Below, piece by piece: positions 62,680-64,000 of a stretch of 64,000 nt of DNA. The position numbers and the translations under genes are program-made. Origin of the DNA: Sphaerodactylus townsendi (Eukaryota); contig NC_059435.1 of NCBI RefSeq assembly GCF_021028975.2, forward strand, positions 54,994,001 through 55,058,000. The letters are read 5' to 3'. Position 1 is the stretch's first letter. Every line of letters starts with the position of its first letter. Under the pieces are notes generated by a model. The model was not told the origin of the DNA. It did not search any database and worked only from the letters and a program-made list of their open reading frames with translations.

Positions 62680-63210
62680 GGCGGATTCCACATGGGCCCC
62701 TACAGTGGCTTCCCACTGGCATATATGATGTCGGTGGAGCTCCAGGGCCATTCACATGCCGAGGTGCAAGCGGCCCCAGAGCGGCCAAAGCCCGCAGTGG
62801 CACCTCCACATGGAGGTGCCTCTATTTTCTTTCCCCACACTTACCTTCTCTCCCTGTGGAGCTCCTCGGGGACAGGGAGGCATGCCACGCTGCTCTCTGA
62901 CCCCTGGGGGATGAAGAGCAGAGTGGGCGTGCCTCCCCATCCCTGTGGACTTCTGCAGGGAAAGAAGGTAAGTATGGGAGGGAAAGCGGCTCCTCCAACC
63001 CGGTGCTGTTTGCATGGTATTGGCTGGGAAACACAGTTTTCCAAAAGCCTCGCTCATTGAGGGAGGCAGGGAAACAGCATGTTCGCCCCAGTGGTGGGGA
63101 AAAAGCATGGCACTGCCTCAATGCAGAGGCAGCAGCTGTGGGAACAGCATGCCTGGCATGGTGTTTTTACTGTTTCAGGGGCACTGTTTTTGCCCCATAT
63201 GGATTCCACC
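62680..63210. mobile_element. PIF/Harbinger non-autonomous element with a long central hairpin
   Basis: TIRs ggcggattccacatggg / cccatatggattccacc; canonical TAA TSD; inverted repeat ~62827-62985. Confidence 0.88.
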
Positions 63211-64000
63211 TAAGTGGAGAATGCAAGTGTTGCCAGCCAAAATGGTTCTTTTCTCCTGCTTGCTGGCCAATGGAGCTCTGGTCAATTTCAGAGTTGCGCC
63301 TGGGATTTGATGTGCTGCTGTAGAGATTCTCCTGCCTCCACCATTTGGTGAAGGTTTTCCATAGACGTTTCCTCTGCTTGCAGTTCATCCACGCACAATT
63401 TCCATGTAAAAAGTAGATGAACAGAGTTTGTTTTGCCTAGTGATCCCAAAGAACCTGCTGCAGCACACAAAATAGCAAAATGAAAGTAAGACATTTGGGT
63501 GAGAGAAATAAAGCATTTCCTGCGTGCTTTTATTTGCTCAGCTGGCAGGAAACGTGTTTAACCTGCGTTGAGGGAACAGATCACTAGTTTAGAAATTTTT
63601 GAGTTGAGAGGAGTAAAATGTTGTGAAGAAGTTTGGGGGGAGAGAACTGTACAAACTTCTTCCCCAAAACAGTTTTTAAAACATCCTCAATAGGTTTTAT
63701 TTTTGCTGTGTGGAATTGACTAATTAGTGTGTATGGTTTTCCCCTCTCTTGCACTGATTTAGGATGAACGTAGTCCATGATAGGAATCTTTCATGTTCAC
63801 TAGGACTGTCTAAAACCCCCCCAGAATCTCTTCCTAGACAGAATATTGTTTCCCTGTTGTTACCCTGCTTTTGAATAATAGTTATCTCAAGGAGGACCTC
63901 TGTGGTAAAGCAGCACTTCAACAGATATTTTCGTCTCTCCACAAAAATGCTGAGGAGTTGTTGATATTATTTCAATGCTGATATAAAGAAAATAAGGGTT

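Noticed and set aside
13800-64000. MALRD1 or other host exons downstream
   Set aside because: No MAM or LDLa-like (CDF..., C.D.SDE) coding segment recognised; short exons could have been missed without alignment.

Overview
Vertebrate genomic DNA, most likely a squamate reptile and probably a gecko (inferred from the SINE, Penelope and L2 repeat content). The only host protein-coding gene I can support is ARL5B on the + strand: coding exons 2-6 at 3790-3850, 4966-5113, 6172-6255, 7095-7246 and 8624-8672, all with canonical AG/GT boundaries. Exon 1 lies upstream of the window, and a long 3' UTR probably ends near the AATAAA at 13488. The remaining ~50 kb appears intergenic; I found no MALRD1 exons, although MALRD1 is the next gene in mammals. 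It is dense with transposable elements, many of which I could delimit by terminal repeats and target-site duplications (TSDs): hAT, Harbinger and Tc1/pogo MITEs, several SINE families, L2/CR1/RTE-X LINE fragments, solo LTRs, two clades of Penelope-like elements (PLEs) and a non-autonomous Helitron with both ends. There is one assembly gap (26456-26601). Most of the ORF track is noise. I see no clearly new gene system. The most interesting signals are: minimal hammerhead-ribozyme cores in PLE termini (one in ARL5B intron 4, two in a TSD-flanked inverted cassette at 35.5-36.0 kb); the Helitron with internal tandem repeats and nested insertions; a 44-bp templated insertion with a fold-back junction; SINEs with swapped head/tail modules; and CpG-rich hairpin Harbinger MITEs carrying perfect splice donors. 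All family names come from recalled motifs, not database searches.
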